From assembly GCA_964247055.1 (NCBI GenBank), contig OZ176056.1:6758001-6822000 (forward strand): 64,000 nt of DNA, read 5' to 3'. This document shows, piece after piece, positions 14,451-29,400 of this stretch. A program made the position numbers and the translations under genes. The stretch is from Paragordius varius. Taxonomy: Eukaryota; Animalia; Nematomorpha. The notes beneath the pieces were generated by a model that did not search any database, was not told the origin of the DNA, and saw only the letters and a list, made by a program, of their open reading frames with translations. Numbering within the stretch: position 1 is the stretch's first letter; each line of letters opens with the position of its first letter.

Positions 14451-17400
14451 TATATATTTACGAATTGGGGTGACCAGCACAGGCCATTTTAAAATAATAT
14501 GACAAAAAATAATTATTAGTAATTATTTTATATTTAATCTTAATTTTATCGAAATACATAAATAATGCTTGATTTAGAGGACCTCCCGTTGCCACAATAA
14601 AAAAATACAAAAACATTTACATTATTCAACAATGGATAATTAACTGTACATCTTGCAACGGATTTTAGATGATTGAAGTAAAAAATGGAATTGTAGCTCA
14701 CTTGACAAAGATCTTTATAATTTACACATTTTATGGATTACGGCATACCAGGTATAATAGACATATGCTTCAATATAGTAATTTAATCAAATCGAAAAGA
14801 ATCCTGCGCAGCAGTTTCGAGTTTAATTAAAAGGAATTGGCATTCACATAATGAAATAGTTAATAATGTTGTAAGATATTAAGTCGTGCTCCATTTTTAG
14901 AAATAAGACAATTTTTACTATAAATCTCTCTATTTTGCAGAAAAAAATGAATTATTCATATCCACGAAAATCGCTTCTTTGCTTTATAATGCGGTATCTC
15001 AGAAAAATTGCACATTGCATATTAATTTAAAAAACAGTGATTTAAACATTTTCTAATTACGTTTGTAATCTTGCTTTTATTTGTAAAACTTTAAGAAGAT
15101 TCTGATTAAGATCATGACTTCTCCGCATAAAGTAGATAGGGATAAGCTTTTTAACATTCTTTTTCTCTTCATATAAAAAAGACACTTCAGAAGCTTTAAT
15201 AAAACATCTTTCCAAGTTTCTCCGTCTGAAAAGATGTGGTTTTACTTAAAGATTTCTGATATTTTGTAAGTTACAATTATGGATTTTTAAAATGTGCTGT
15301 ATTAACAATGCAGTGTTTCTGAGCATTTAGTTACACTTTTAGCTTGATTTGTGATTTGCGATCTGAATTATTCTTGATACTTCACGTGAAACGTGGTAAA
15401 ATATCTTTGAATATTTGCTTTTATAGCCACGGTGGATTTGCATATTCAAAAGTGCATTTATTTATAATTCATTTAAAAAATAATTTTCTTCACAATAATA
15501 TGATAGGTTTTTTTGGCTTTAATTTTAATCATACTAAAATATAAGTTTAAAGGATACCTGCTTTTGTTATTGCTAAAAATTATACTTTCTCGAGAAATCC
15601 CAAATTATTTAAAGTTCGCATAAATAACATGTATTTAAATAAATATATTAAAAAAAAATTAACCTAATCTATATATTTATAAAAATGGAAAGTGGTGGCT
15701 TTGTGTTCTGTTTCCGGAAAACCGGTAAACCCATTCAATTCCAAATATAGAAAAAATATAATCATTAATGAATGCTCCGACAATAGCTTCACCCTTTTGA
15801 TAAATTAGGCCCCCAGTTCGGGCCTACCCCGTGTAAAAAAACGGGTATTTTTTGAATACAAGGTTACAAAAATTGTGCCTTTGAGACAATATCCATCGAA
15901 AAACATGTTAAACCGTTTGATTTCAAATAAGATTTTTTTTTACTAATTTTTCATTGCGCCGAACATACTCGGCTCGCTTTTTTTATTAGGCCCTCTTTTT
16001 ACCCGCTCCCCCCGTAAAATGCCATTTTTTCAAAAAAACAAAGTCCACAAAAATAATTTTTTGAATTTATTTTTCGCCCAAAGTATGTGACCGTAAAAAT
16101 TAATAAGGATTCCAGGTTTTCCCTAAAAGTCTAAAATTTTGGTCGAGCGTTTCTTTTATATTGGCCGGGTAAGAGGCTACCCGCTAAAAACTGATCCGTC
16201 ATATCGAAATAGCGTGCCTTTGAGGCTAAATTTCAGAAAATCTATCAGGCCATATGAGTTCAATCCGTGCTTAAAATATTACCAGTAACAGGAAAAAATT
16301 TAGATCGTATGGTTTTGTAAAATTAGCCGTTAATTAGGCCCTTCAAGTCCTAAAAAATGCGCCACCACAGGATGATTTTTTAATTTTGAGGCAATTTTCC
16401 AAAAATTAATGACAGCATATGGAATCAATCCTGATTCCAGTTATTCTCCGTAAAAAGATAAGAATTTTAATCAGCGCTTTTTTCTATCAGCCTCTTGGTA
16501 GGGAGCTACCCGCCTAAAACTGCGCCACCATATGAAAATTGCGTTGTTTAGGAGTTAATTTTCAGAAAACTTTTCAGACCACATAAGTTTAAGGGGCCGA
16601 TTTACTCGCAAAAAGGCAAAATTTAAGTCGAGTGGATTTTTAAAATTAGCCGTTAATTAGGCCCTTTACGCCCTAAAAAAATTCAGATCGTGCGGTTTTT
16701 TAAAATAGTCGTTAATTAGGCCATTCATGCCCTAAAAAATGCGCCACAATAGAATGATTTTTTAATTTTGAGGCAATTTTTCCAAAAACTAATGAGAGCA
16801 TATGGAATCATTCATGATTTCAGGTATTCTCCGTAAATTAACACAAATTTTATTCAAGCTCTTTTTTGTATCGCCTAAAACTGCGCCACCATATCGAAAT
16901 CGCGTTGTTTAGGAGTTAATTTTCAGACAACTTATCAGGCCACATAAGTTTAATATGGGCCTGAAATATAACCCGTAAAAAGGAAAAAAAAAGTCGAGCG
17001 GATTTTTTAAATTAGCGGTTAAATAGGCCCTTTACGCCCTGAAAATGCGGTATCATTAAACTATTATTTAGTTTTGAAGCCATTCTTCCATAAACTATTA
17101 AGAACATATGGAATGAATGATGATTCCAGGCATTCCCCTATAAGGGCAAAAATTTTTATCGAACGTCTTTTTTATATTGGCCTCTGGGCAGAGGGCTACC
17201 CGCCTACAACTCCACACCATATCCATACAGCCTGACTTTGGAGTCAAATTTTAGATTATCAGGTCATATGAGTTCAGTGGCTTGAAATATTACCCGTAAA
17301 AAGTAAAAAATTTAAGTAGACTGGTTTTATTAAATTCCCCCTTAATTAGGCCCTTGCCCTGAAAAATGCGCCTCCATAGAATGACATATTGGTTTTGAGG

Positions 17401-20400
17401 CAATTTTTCGAAGATTTCACCAGAGCATATGGAATCAGTCATGATTCCAGGTATTACACGAAGTAAGGCAAAAATTTAATCGAGTGCTTTTTTATTTCAC
17501 CTCTGGTTAGGGGGCTACTTGCATAAAACTGCGATACCATATCGATGCAGCATGCCTTTGAAGCCAAATTTCAGAAAACCCATGTGTCTAATAGGATGGA
17601 ATCCATGATAATTCCAGATATTCCCCAAATAAAGACAAAAATTTTGCCCAACTTTTTTACCCCCCGGGTAAGGAGCACCCGCCAGAAACAGCGCCACTAT
17701 ATAGAAATTGTTGTTTTGGAACTATTTAACAGAAGAAGCCATATGAGGTTATTATAAGCTTGAAATATTACCTGTAATAAGATAAAATTTAATGTCGGGC
17801 TTTTTTAATCAGCCGTTATTTTGGGGCCTTTAAAATACGCCATCACATAAAGCTTATTTAGTGTTGAGTTATTTTTTCAAAAACCCCATCAGACGATGGT
17901 ATCAAAGATGATTCCAAATATTTGCCCTATAAAGGCAAAGAATTTAACTCAGCGCTTTTCCATATAGGTCTATGGGTAGGGGTCTACCGGTTTAAAACTG
18001 AGACGCCATACAAAAATGGCGTGGTTTTGGAGCTGATTAAAAAACCTAAGCAAGTACGAATTCAGTTGCTCGTTTCTGGCGAATTTGCATATCATTCTTT
18101 CCTTCAAAAATGGACCAAAAATGAGTTACTTTTTATATCCCTTGATCCCAGTTGTGAACACAATTCAAAATAGAACTTTTAACCATAATATCGTAAAACA
18201 AAAATTTTAAATTAAATCCAATGATAGTTGAATATACTTCATAAGGGACAGTTTAAATATGGTCAGTTTCGAGTAAAGAATATTTGAGCCTATGCAAAAA
18301 CCCGTAAAAGAATAATTTAAGACATTTTTTTATTTTAGTATGTTTTTCATTATTTTATCTCCATTACCTCTATTTATTGCAAATTATTAAGAATAATTAT
18401 CAGCGACGTCACAGCGAAGCGTTACAGGGCCAGCTAAACAAATTTAAATATGTTAACAAATAAATCTTATCACAATATAGAAATACAGTAAAAATTAATT
18501 TTATACGGACAAAACGTAAAAATTAAAGACAAATATTTTTTCCTAAATGACAACCATACTTTTTAAACCATAAATTTTATTATAATAAGATATAAAATGT
18601 AAAATATATAATTGATTGTGTTACCAAAAATTTCTCTTTCATAGTTTGCAAATATGAACAATAATGTAAATCAAAAAAATCACAATGTCTTTTTGTAAAA
18701 AATATTTCTCTTTACATTTTTACGTTTAGTCCGTATAATTCCAATTTTTACTGTAAATTATGAAAAATTAATTATAATTTTGGGAAAAAAAATTCTATAC
18801 AAAAACATTTTTTTCACTTTACATGCGGTCACGTTTTGAGATCTCGCGGTCACAAAATCGACCGCGTCGACCGTTTGGCCACCCCTGATATATGCCATAA
18901 TCACATTTTTCTGTATAAATTATTAGATGTTTAAAACTAAGTATAGTTTTAGACCCATATGATCCAATTAGAAAGTTAATGAGACAATGTAAAACACTAA
19001 ATTGCACGTAGTTTAGCAATTACATAAAAGGTATGGCTGAAAAATAATAAACAGGACTGCCTTTATAAAACACCTAAGTTATATTACCCATCATTACCTT
19101 CATTTATAAAATCCTTACTCTTGGCAAGATCCCACTATTTATGCGTCTACATAACACACAAGAGTGTTTAATTAAAATTATTAAAATTTTATAGTACCAT
19201 ATAAATATAAAATTGTTCGGCCAATTTCTTAGATGTGAATCGAAAAAGTTGTTAGTATACTTAAAATAAAAAATACTATATTAACTACCGGAATCCAAGT
19301 GATAGAATAAAAATTTAACATCTTTTTTATAGATTAGAGCAAAAATTTATACCAATACTTCGCGGCTGGTCTTTTTTTAATTATTTTGATTCCAATTATG
19401 AATAATTTGCCCCTAACATAATCGTTAAAGCATGATAAATATCCAATTATTATATTTTAAACATTAAGGCCTTTTTGCGTACCTTGAAAAGCGTGTTGGC
19501 TTTATAGGGTATACAATTCAAAATGTAACTTACTCTATTTTAATCCCATTCGGAAGATTGACATTAAGTATTTTGGGGTGTGAAAGATTTTGGGGCAAAC
19601 TAACACAAATACTTTCGTATTGAACAAAGGTTAAATCTCTGCTAGGTGGTGGATTAATCACAGACGATGTTTTACTCTTGGATACTGAGCAATTCGTCGC
19701 CATAGGTAAAGGCTTTGAAAAATTTCTAATATACGTCCCCATTATGTTTTGTATAAATTGTTGTTTTGAAGCAACTGTCGAAATTCTTCTTATAAAGGTT
19801 GGTTCTAGCAAAAGGTATTTAATCAATAAATGCATATAAATATCAATGATATAATTTTAAACCTGTACAAGCTATAAGAATGCTTGATATTAATATATTT
19901 GTAGGATAGATGAAGTTTTCTGATGGTTTTTGTAATATAAGTTCTACATTCTCCATATAATGTTTGATGCGTTCAGCATTATTTCCAGAGAGAAATTTTA
20001 TTTCTTGTATGAGCAAATTGCGTAGAATTGGATCATAATTGATTTCAATCTATTAAAATGATATATTAATTTGGGAAATTTAAAAAATAATAATTATAAA
20101 ACAGGGCTTGGAACTGGTTCAAACAAAGTGGAACCGGAACCGCGTTGGTTCTTTAGAATTTAAAATAGAACCTGGCGGTTCCTGAAATTCGGAACCAAAC
20201 CGGGGTGGTTCCTGAACAAATGGAACCGGAACCGCGTTGGTTACTTAAAAATTTAACGGTTCCGGAACCGGTTCTTTACAATTAGAACCATTCTATTTTT
20301 AGTTCCTGAAATTGATTAAATGATTTACAGAATTATTATTGTAATAATACAACCAATATTAAACAATTTATTAAAAATTGCCAAATGTATAGTGAAAGAA

Positions 20401-23400
20401 AAATAGTGTAGCATAATGAAACAAATTATAAAAATATAAAAGGAAAATGTAATAGTACAAAGGTATAAAATGAGAGTTAAATTAAGTATACCACAAAATT
20501 TTTTTTATATAACTTTAAATAATTATTGCACTAAGCCTTTCGCTGGTCAAACTGCGTCTCAAGTCTTAAAATAGAAGGGTGAAAAAACTCCTTTCAACGG
20601 ACATCTATATTTACAAACATATGTATATTAAATAAACTTGAGTTATGACTATTAGTTTTGTTAGAACAGTTGAATCGTCCAAAATTCAGGTATCGCTACT
20701 ATAATATTAGGCGCTTAGATTTAGGTTTAAAGTTTGAAATGTGTAATATAAAATGGTACAATGAAATTCAAATAATAAAATAAAATTTTTATAATGAAAA
20801 TCATATGGGAACCAGTAATTTAGGGGGTGAACCGGAACCGGGGTGGTTCCTAAAAATTTATAGATAGAACCTAGGTGGTTCCTGAAATTTTGGAATCGAT
20901 ACCGCGGTGGTTCCCGGAGTGGAACCGAAACCATGTTAGTTCCATCCCAATAGAACCGGTTCTTGTTAAAACCAGGAACTGGGTTCCGATTCCATGCAAT
21001 TCCGGTTCCAAGACCTGTTATAAATCAGTAATATAAAAGGTAAGTTGTGAGGTAATATGGCGTATAACCCTAAAAAACGATAAATTTATAATGTTTACCA
21101 AAACATATCCGAAAGCTCCAGTAAAACCTTTCTAATACCTAATATTTATGCAGCTATTTAAACACTAAATTTAGTAAAATATTCGACTTTATAATATTTA
21201 TTAATATTTTTTATTTCAATAAATTCGGTCATATTAATTGTAAATATATAATGTATATTTCTAATAAATTAGACAAAATCCGCATTTTTACCGGAGTTAT
21301 TTTTTATTAAAATTCACTTCTATTTTTCACGAAATAACTAGGGCTTCGAATCGGAATCGAAATCCTGTTAGTGGTTTTAGCCGAACTGGTTGCGTAGGCT
21401 TGGTAACAATACAAATTTTAAGAACCACCTTGGTTTTATTATCTTAGAAACCAATAATCGATTATCTATAAAGGAAATAAGCCACACTAGGCCGCATGAG
21501 GCCCTCAAATTTTTTTGCCAGGCCACTGCAAGGTTATTAAAATTTTATTAGGTAAGGTTGCATTAGCGGTACATGTTTTGCGGGTCACAACACATTATTG
21601 TGTATGAACTTAATGCCATGACTAAATGATTCTAATGATTATGTTTTGATTTACAGTCGTTGATATTTTGGTTTATACTATTATAATAAAAATTAAGAAT
21701 TATTTAATGATAACTCAGGGGAGCCGCAGTTTCGATCCCAAAATTTTAAGAACCGCCCGTACCATTTTTAAATTTGTAGGAATCCGCAAACCACACCGGT
21801 TCCTTTTTTAGAACCGGTCGAAGCCATGAAAATATCTATTCAAGTCATTTTTCGATCACTAATAAAATAAATTTAAAATATAAACTATAATTATATTAAG
21901 ATAATATTTAATAATCCTTAATATTGCTTTTTATTTAATTCGAAATTATAATAATTTTTAACTTTTGCGGCATAAGATTTTTGAAGTAAAGACTTTTTGT
22001 GATAAAAAAAATCTTATTTTTGCCCGTTTAAATTTTAAGTGAGCATTAAATTGTCTTTTGTCTGTTTTTAAAAACTCAGCTCTTGTAAAAATCGATAATG
22101 ATCTTTTAAAATCCGAAAAAATGAAAGTTAGGCGCCATATAAGAGCAAAAGGCATCCAATATACGAAAACAGATAGTGTCAGTATTTTTGGCAGCCACAT
22201 AGCAAAACTAAGGGGTGTTTATTATGTGATGATTGAAATTTCATTAGGTCAGTAACCGATATTCATATATAATTCATTGATACCTTAAACTGTAGGTATA
22301 AAAGAAACAAATAAATAAATAAATTGGTGAAACTGGAGTTAACAGGGATATATTTAAAAAGTCAAATCAGGACTTAAAATTTATGTTAAAAGGTGAGTAA
22401 TACATATTGCAGTTTGGGATCGAATATAACCTATTATTATAACTTTGCAAAATATTTTTTACGATTTCTGTACGATGCATATATAAATTTCTAATCATAA
22501 TTAAAGTCTAATAAGTAATTTATGTTAAAAAATGAATTTTTATTTTATCTGCTTTTTATTATGTGGATTCTTTCGAAGTATTCTTATAAATCATTGCGCT
22601 TTGTTTTTATCTATACAATTTTATTATACCGTTTCCATAACATCCAAATCAAGCAGTAGATTGGATTTTTCTTTCTTACCATTTTTTGATGTTTGCGCAG
22701 AAAATATTAATATATTTGGATATAGGGTGTGATTAGTATTATCATTGAGCGATTCACAATAGATAGAAATTTCAATGTAGTGAGTTTTGATAGTTGGTTT
22801 ATTATTGTGTATGTTAATGGATGGGACTTGGATACTTAAATACATGGTTATACCAGTGGAATTACATAACGATTTATTGTGTTTCCATTGATTCTTTAAA
22901 AGGTATTGGATTTCCAGGCTAGAAAACTTTGAGTTAATGGTTACATATATAATTAATCTTGTTAATTTTCCTAATTTATATATTTATAAAAATTTATCTT
23001 TATAAAATAATAATTTTCCAAGTTTAGCATTGTAGTTTTACCAATTAATATTTTTGGTATCGAAAACTGACAATTTAAGGAAGAAAATATAAGGTATATA
23101 ACTCGAAAATACGATATTAAGCCTCGGTGATCCTTTGGGTTTTTATATCCCAGGCGAATTGGCATTTTATCTTAAACAGTATTTAAAATATTGATGTAAA
23201 TTTCATAAAATACTTTTTTTTAGCTTTTAGGAGCTTTATACAAGATTTATTTTAAGCTTTCAGAGTACATTTTACCAGTTAAAACTTGATATTTATCGAT
23301 TATAATATCAGCTGTTTGTTTCGGTATTGTTTTGGGGCTGACTAATTTTCCTAGAAATTAATAACGTAAAAAAATATAAGCTTTTTATCTAATGTATGAG

Positions 23401-26400
23401 AAAAATATTTCATAATTAAATTATTTGCTAAAAAAACTTTCAAAACAGTAGGTTATCAGAATGGAGCTCTGCGATCTAAAACTACGCCAATATGTCATCG
23501 CGGACAAAAAAGTAAAATTTGGGGTATCTGAATACCCCAGGCAATATTAAATTTGATTTTTTTAAAAAACAACTAAAAGAAACATTCCCAATTTATACTT
23601 TCATCCTCAAAAAAATTATATAAATAACCCGAAATATATCAATAAAATATAGTTTTGAAAAAAAAGTTACATATCAAACTACTTAGGCGCCATTTTATTT
23701 CGCAATATTTTTGCATATCGTATTTATTTAATTGTAAAGCTAAAATTAAAGCTAATTTTTCATTTAAATCACAATCAACATTGATAGAAACAGAAAAAGT
23801 GGTTTATTTTGTATTATTTTTAAATTTAGCTAATGCACACATGTAATGTTGATTAAATTACCTTGAGGCTTTACCTAAAAATAAGTAATATCAATATTTT
23901 TAAAAGAATTTTTATATATATTTCGGTTCACTAATGTTAAAATGCAAATTTTTGCCATCGTTTCAATTCATTCCATATTTTTTGAATTATTTTATTTGAA
24001 ACATGCCTACGGTATCCAACTACCCCAGTTTGAATCTAAGGACTGAAATGAATGTGTTGTATTCATGTGTTAGGCAGTGAGTTTTATAAAATTATTATTT
24101 TTGAATCAAAATAGCTAAAATTGTGTAAATTAATATTTAAAAAATGTTCAGCAGGAGTGTTACAATATTCTTTGAATACAAATAATTTTGAATTGTATTA
24201 GCCTTCTAATAATATTTTTTATCCCAACGTGCCTGTTATTACCTAGGATGGATTGATATATATGAGCATAAATTAGCAAAATAATAAATTATTAATACTA
24301 AATTTTTGTTAAAAATTAAGATGTAATAATAATTAACCCATAAATATCTATTTACTCAGGTAGGATTATTATTTATTGAAAAAGTTATCAGTAAATTTAA
24401 CTAATCCATTAGAATTTTAGACAGTTTGCTGACTGCGGTAAACAAAATTGTACTAATTTTGTAAGAGTCAGATTTATTAAGCCCTTTTTTTCTAATTGTC
24501 AAAACAAATGCTTTTAATATATTTCAGTCATTTGGTAGGTTTTAGACATCCTAATCCATATATAAAAATTTAAAAACAAAAATTCATGCAAAACAGCTGA
24601 ATGCTTAAAATAAATATGTATTTGTTTATTTTCTATACAACTTGACTCAAAATTTCGGGTTTTGAAAGCTTCGCGATTTAATACAGATAAAAAAAATTTA
24701 AAAATAATAAAAAACGACATTTTTGAGCTTCTAAATAAATATTTGCTTGGTTAATAATACTAAATTAACGTATATTTTAATATTTTTACTCTATTCTTTA
24801 TGGTGGTACTATAAGATATGCTTGGAAATTCACTGTAAATTCTTTGCAAACCTAATTTGACTTTACCAATGGGATAAATGGGATCACCACCACAATTTTC
24901 ATCTAAAATAGGAAAAAATAATTACTGTATTATTAATTAAATTTGCAACTTCATCGTATTTTTTAAAAGCATACTTGATCGATTTAGATTTACGAATTCT
25001 CTATGAATTTTTATTTCAATTGTTCTAGTTGGATAAGTAGAGTTAATTGGAATATCCATTTCCTGCATTGTTAATGAGGCACCCGGGATATCTATAAACC
25101 TTAATATAAGGATAATGTATGATGGGATCAAAGATTTAAATTATGGTATCGTAATGACAGGAACCACGTTTTTTAGAAGCCGAAGTGTTAAAATAGCATT
25201 ATTAATGGCATATCTTATAAACTGATTTTTACTAACAAAATGAATCTAATCCTAAGTTGGTGATTTCTAGGTTATAAAAATTTTGATATTTTAAAGGGCA
25301 TCCAAATTTAATTCATATTGTCGGAAAGAATTTTATTTGGTATAAGTCAATTAATTTTATTACTGTTAAATTTAGATAAATGACGTTTAAATAAAAAATT
25401 GACTTGTTCATGTTGAAATTTTAAATACCTAAACTACCATTTGTACGTTGTTCTTTAATATTTATTTACTTCTTTTTATCTGTACCCTATCATTTTTAAC
25501 ATATTATCTTTTTTTATAAACAATCATTATCAACTTTTTATCATCCAAGAACATTTGTCATTATTAAATTATTAAAAAATATTTTATTTTTTCTTAATAT
25601 ATATAAGAATTAAAAATTATATAAATTTGTGGGTTATTAATTGTTTTTTTTGCTAAAGCCTTTAGAAACGTTATCATATTGTTAATGTGGGGGAACAACA
25701 AAAGTGTTTTTAATATAAAAATGTTAACTTAAGATAAAACATTCTAATTAAAATAGGAAATACAAAAATATTTATAGGAAAACTAAAAAACAAAGGACCA
25801 ACTTAAGTTTAGGGACCACTTAAATTGTTAGAGGCCAACTTAAAGTGTTTAAGGACTTGAAGTCTTTAAGGCTTAACTTGAAGTGTTAAACAGCAATTTT
25901 ATATTATAGACTGCAGAATAGTTTTTCAAAATCATCTGAAAATATCTATATTTAAAGTTTTTATGATTCATTTAGCTTTAGTTATTATATTTTATTAAAT
26001 AATTTATGAAATGTAGGAATTAACTTAGTAACCGGTTTTTGACCAATAAAAATTTTAGGGAATCTATCCCGTTCTACAAGCTCAGAAATTTTCCTAATCC
26101 TCCTTCCCAAATTTTAGGAACCAGAACTAAAATATAGATAGACTAAAAGGGTTCCAGATTGCACCTTGCACAAACAGCCCTTGCTATGGTTCCATAGCTA
26201 TGCTTTATTCTTTATTAGCATTGTTTTGTGTGCATGTCATTTCAAAATATTTTGCAATCGAAATTTTACATATGGTATAAAATGTTAATAATAAATTATA
26301 TATACTTGAGCCTGTCAAATACATCTAACAGCTCATTCACATTCATGTAAATGGATATTTGACATAATTCTAAAAATTTATATATTTTCATATACAGCTA

Positions 26401-29400
26401 AATACTTGTTGATTCACAGGTTTTCAAACCTATAATCATTTCATGATTGGTATAATTGGCCTGGATATTTGATAGGGGTAAGGTACTTGCCCCAAATATA
26501 AATAAGTTCTTGTGAAATTTGTCATTGATGATGGTTCCATCGTATTTTTGTTTTAAATAGGTAAACTATTGTATATATAGCATTTTTTTCATTAAAAAAT
26601 TAAAAATACTCAAAAATAAGGGATTGGTAAAATATCTGAATATAATTATAAAGACTAGTGGCTCTAATTTTGCCAAAATTATAAGATATTTTTAAAAAAA
26701 GAACAGTTAAATGGCATATAGGGTCAGTTGAATAAAAACCTAGTAAATGCTAAAACTATATTATTTACTTAGTTTTGATTAAATAAAATAATTTTTCCAT
26801 TTACTACCTAGTATTTAGTATAACAAGTATTTGCTAGAGATGTCGATTATTTAGTATGTACTGGATTTATTAAGGTTGCTATCTAATATAAAAAATCTAA
26901 TTAACCAGGGCCTATTTATATTTTTATCTAAACAGTAACACTGATATAATGCGGACAAAAAGTAAAAATATAACATATTTTTTTAGACAACCATACTAAT
27001 TGATTTGTTTTTATAGTTTTACGTTTTTTTCGTTAATTTAAATTTTTACTTTATGTTTTAAAAACTTTAGAAATGAAAATATAAGCCAACAATATCTAGT
27101 AATTTATTTAAAAAAACTATGCCATTGAATCATTATCTATTGATTTACCAATTATTTGGAACATAATTCTAATATAGGTGAGATATTATTCCCTAAAATA
27201 GTGATGTTCTTGCGTTTTATTGGATATTCCGGATTCTAAGTTAATATATTTCACGATTTCGGTGTTCGTTTCACGGCTGCTTGCAAAATAATATCTAAGG
27301 TTGACAAAATTGCTGCAAAATTACACCTATGGCTAAATTTCAAAAAACAAGTGAGGATATATTTCGAGCCAAAGCCGCCTGGCCGTGGATTTTTTACATT
27401 TGAGATAGCAAAACAAGCCCAGTAGGGGGATTCTTACATTAATAGAAGTGAAACAATGTCCATATAAATGTCGAAATGACATGTCATGGTTTGGAGGAAG
27501 AAACATCCGTTTGTGTGGAATGGCCGGTTTCTTCCAAGATGCGGTGTTATTGAGTATTTGATTAGCTTGGAGATAAGAAATTCAATCGCTCTGGTTCTTA
27601 AAACCTTTTAAAAAAACCTACTGCGAACGGAAATATTCAATAAGCTTCACCGAAGCTCCAAACATGTTATTATGGAAAGGGGGTTGTTCGAGCAACTCTC
27701 ACTTAGATTTCCAATATTGGGAGCCAAAATTAGAATATAAAAAAATCTCAAATTAATTATTGCGTGTTGTATAATTTACAACTTACTTAAATATTTCAAC
27801 GATAACATATAAATTAACGAATTCTCTAGGAGTTTGATGACGAAGAAATATTACAATTTTCGGGCATATTGAGAGAGAAAAAAATAAAAAGGGATTAAAA
27901 TGTTATTTATTCATCTGATTTATAATAGCAATAAATTATATACAAATTTTACTTATTTATTTATATAAATTATTATCTAAGGTTTCTTCTCTTTTTTAAG
28001 ATCCGTCAGCCTGATTTGAAAATATTGTCTATTTTTTAAAGAATAATTTGATTTACAATTATTATCTTGGTCGGCAAGGAGTATAGATTCACAGTTAATA
28101 TCAATTTTATCTTCCAGAGAATTGTTTCAATTTGCTGTTGAAACTGCGCTTAGATTTTTTTAACGAAAACAGGAATATTACCTTTTTGCCAATATTGATA
28201 ATATATTTATTCCAATTGATTTTGATAGAAAGTAATAACAATCATGTATCCTTTATTTTATCGAAAATTTATTTTTTTTTAAATGTGTATATATATATTT
28301 GGTAAAAAATGGGAAAAACAAGAGCTTTATGGTAATCCTTATACTTTTTTAATGAATATGATATTGTTAATACCATAGAGCTCTTGTTTTTTCAATTCTT
28401 TACCAAATAAATTTTTTATAAAATAAAGGATACATGACTGTATTTCCACCTTTGTCAGGTTTTTGCTATATATGCATCTTCATATTGTTCGATATCTTGC
28501 GTATTTGGTCGAGGGTGGGGGCTCGATTTCTTTTTTTTAATGTTGGATGATATTTAATAAATCATATCCCCTTTTATCTTTTGTAAGGTAAATTTGTTGC
28601 ATACTTAAATTTAATAGATTTTACTTAAGAATATCATGATTAAGATGATCCATTTTAATTGACTTATTTATAAAATATTTTTAATATAAGGATTAAAGTT
28701 TCCATTTTTTTGCAGAAACATTTATAAATCTCTATGCAAATATACTTTGATACAATAATTTATATTTGTATAAAAAAATAACTTAAAATAAGTGAACTAG
28801 ATCAAAATAATAAAATTTTTACATTTTTAGTATATTAAATTGGAATTGGTTTATGCCCACAGTACGTTGAAGTTACGATCATTTTCTTATTAATTACAGT
28901 ATGAGTAAGTATACTTAGAAAGTAATTAATTATTGCCAAATAGAATATACAAAAAAGGGCAGTATTATTGGCCTAAAGTTTTTTCACTTTTTAATATTAT
29001 CCAATAATAATTCTCTTAGCTGCATATGCTATATCAATAATTAATAACTTTCTAGCAATATATATTTATTCATTGTAATCAAACGTTTTTAGACTCTTAT
29101 ATTTGACGTCTGTTTTAAAAATGACGAGCTCGAAATGTCTGATTAGATATTATAATTTTTTTAACCTATTTGACAAAGGTTACCAAGAATATATAATAAA
29201 GGTTTTGTTTTTTTAAAATATCAAATTTACTATTTCTTTTAAATAAAAAAAACCCTTAGATGTTAATATTTTTCCATTGCATATTCATTGAATAAGTTTT
29301 TACTAGGTAGAAAATGTGTTTTTATCAACTGACCCTTGCGCTCAATTAACACATATTAGTCATTATAGCACTAGTATTTACTAAAATTATTATTTTTTAA

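Larger units (their letters stand above)
13146..18887. mobile_element. Composite hAT (Buster/Charlie-like) DNA transposon with nested insertions
   Basis: Left end CCGAGGTGGCCAACC; right end (reverse complement) CAGGGGTGGCCAAAC. An identical 8-bp TSD ATATATGC lies at 13138-13145 and 18888-18895. A very decayed transposase trace at about 14500-15600 is only tentative. Confidence 0.85.

Noticed and set aside
15800-18040. CRISPR-like or coding-repeat reading of the array (ORFs 17515-17757, 17922-18173)
   Set aside because: Whole monomers are homologous with no unique spacers, there are no cas genes, the context is eukaryotic, and frames are not kept between units.
21958-22200. GPCR TM6-like peptide (SVFVYWMPFALI)
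   Set aside because: No other TM segments or NPxxY nearby; lies in an intron of gene A.
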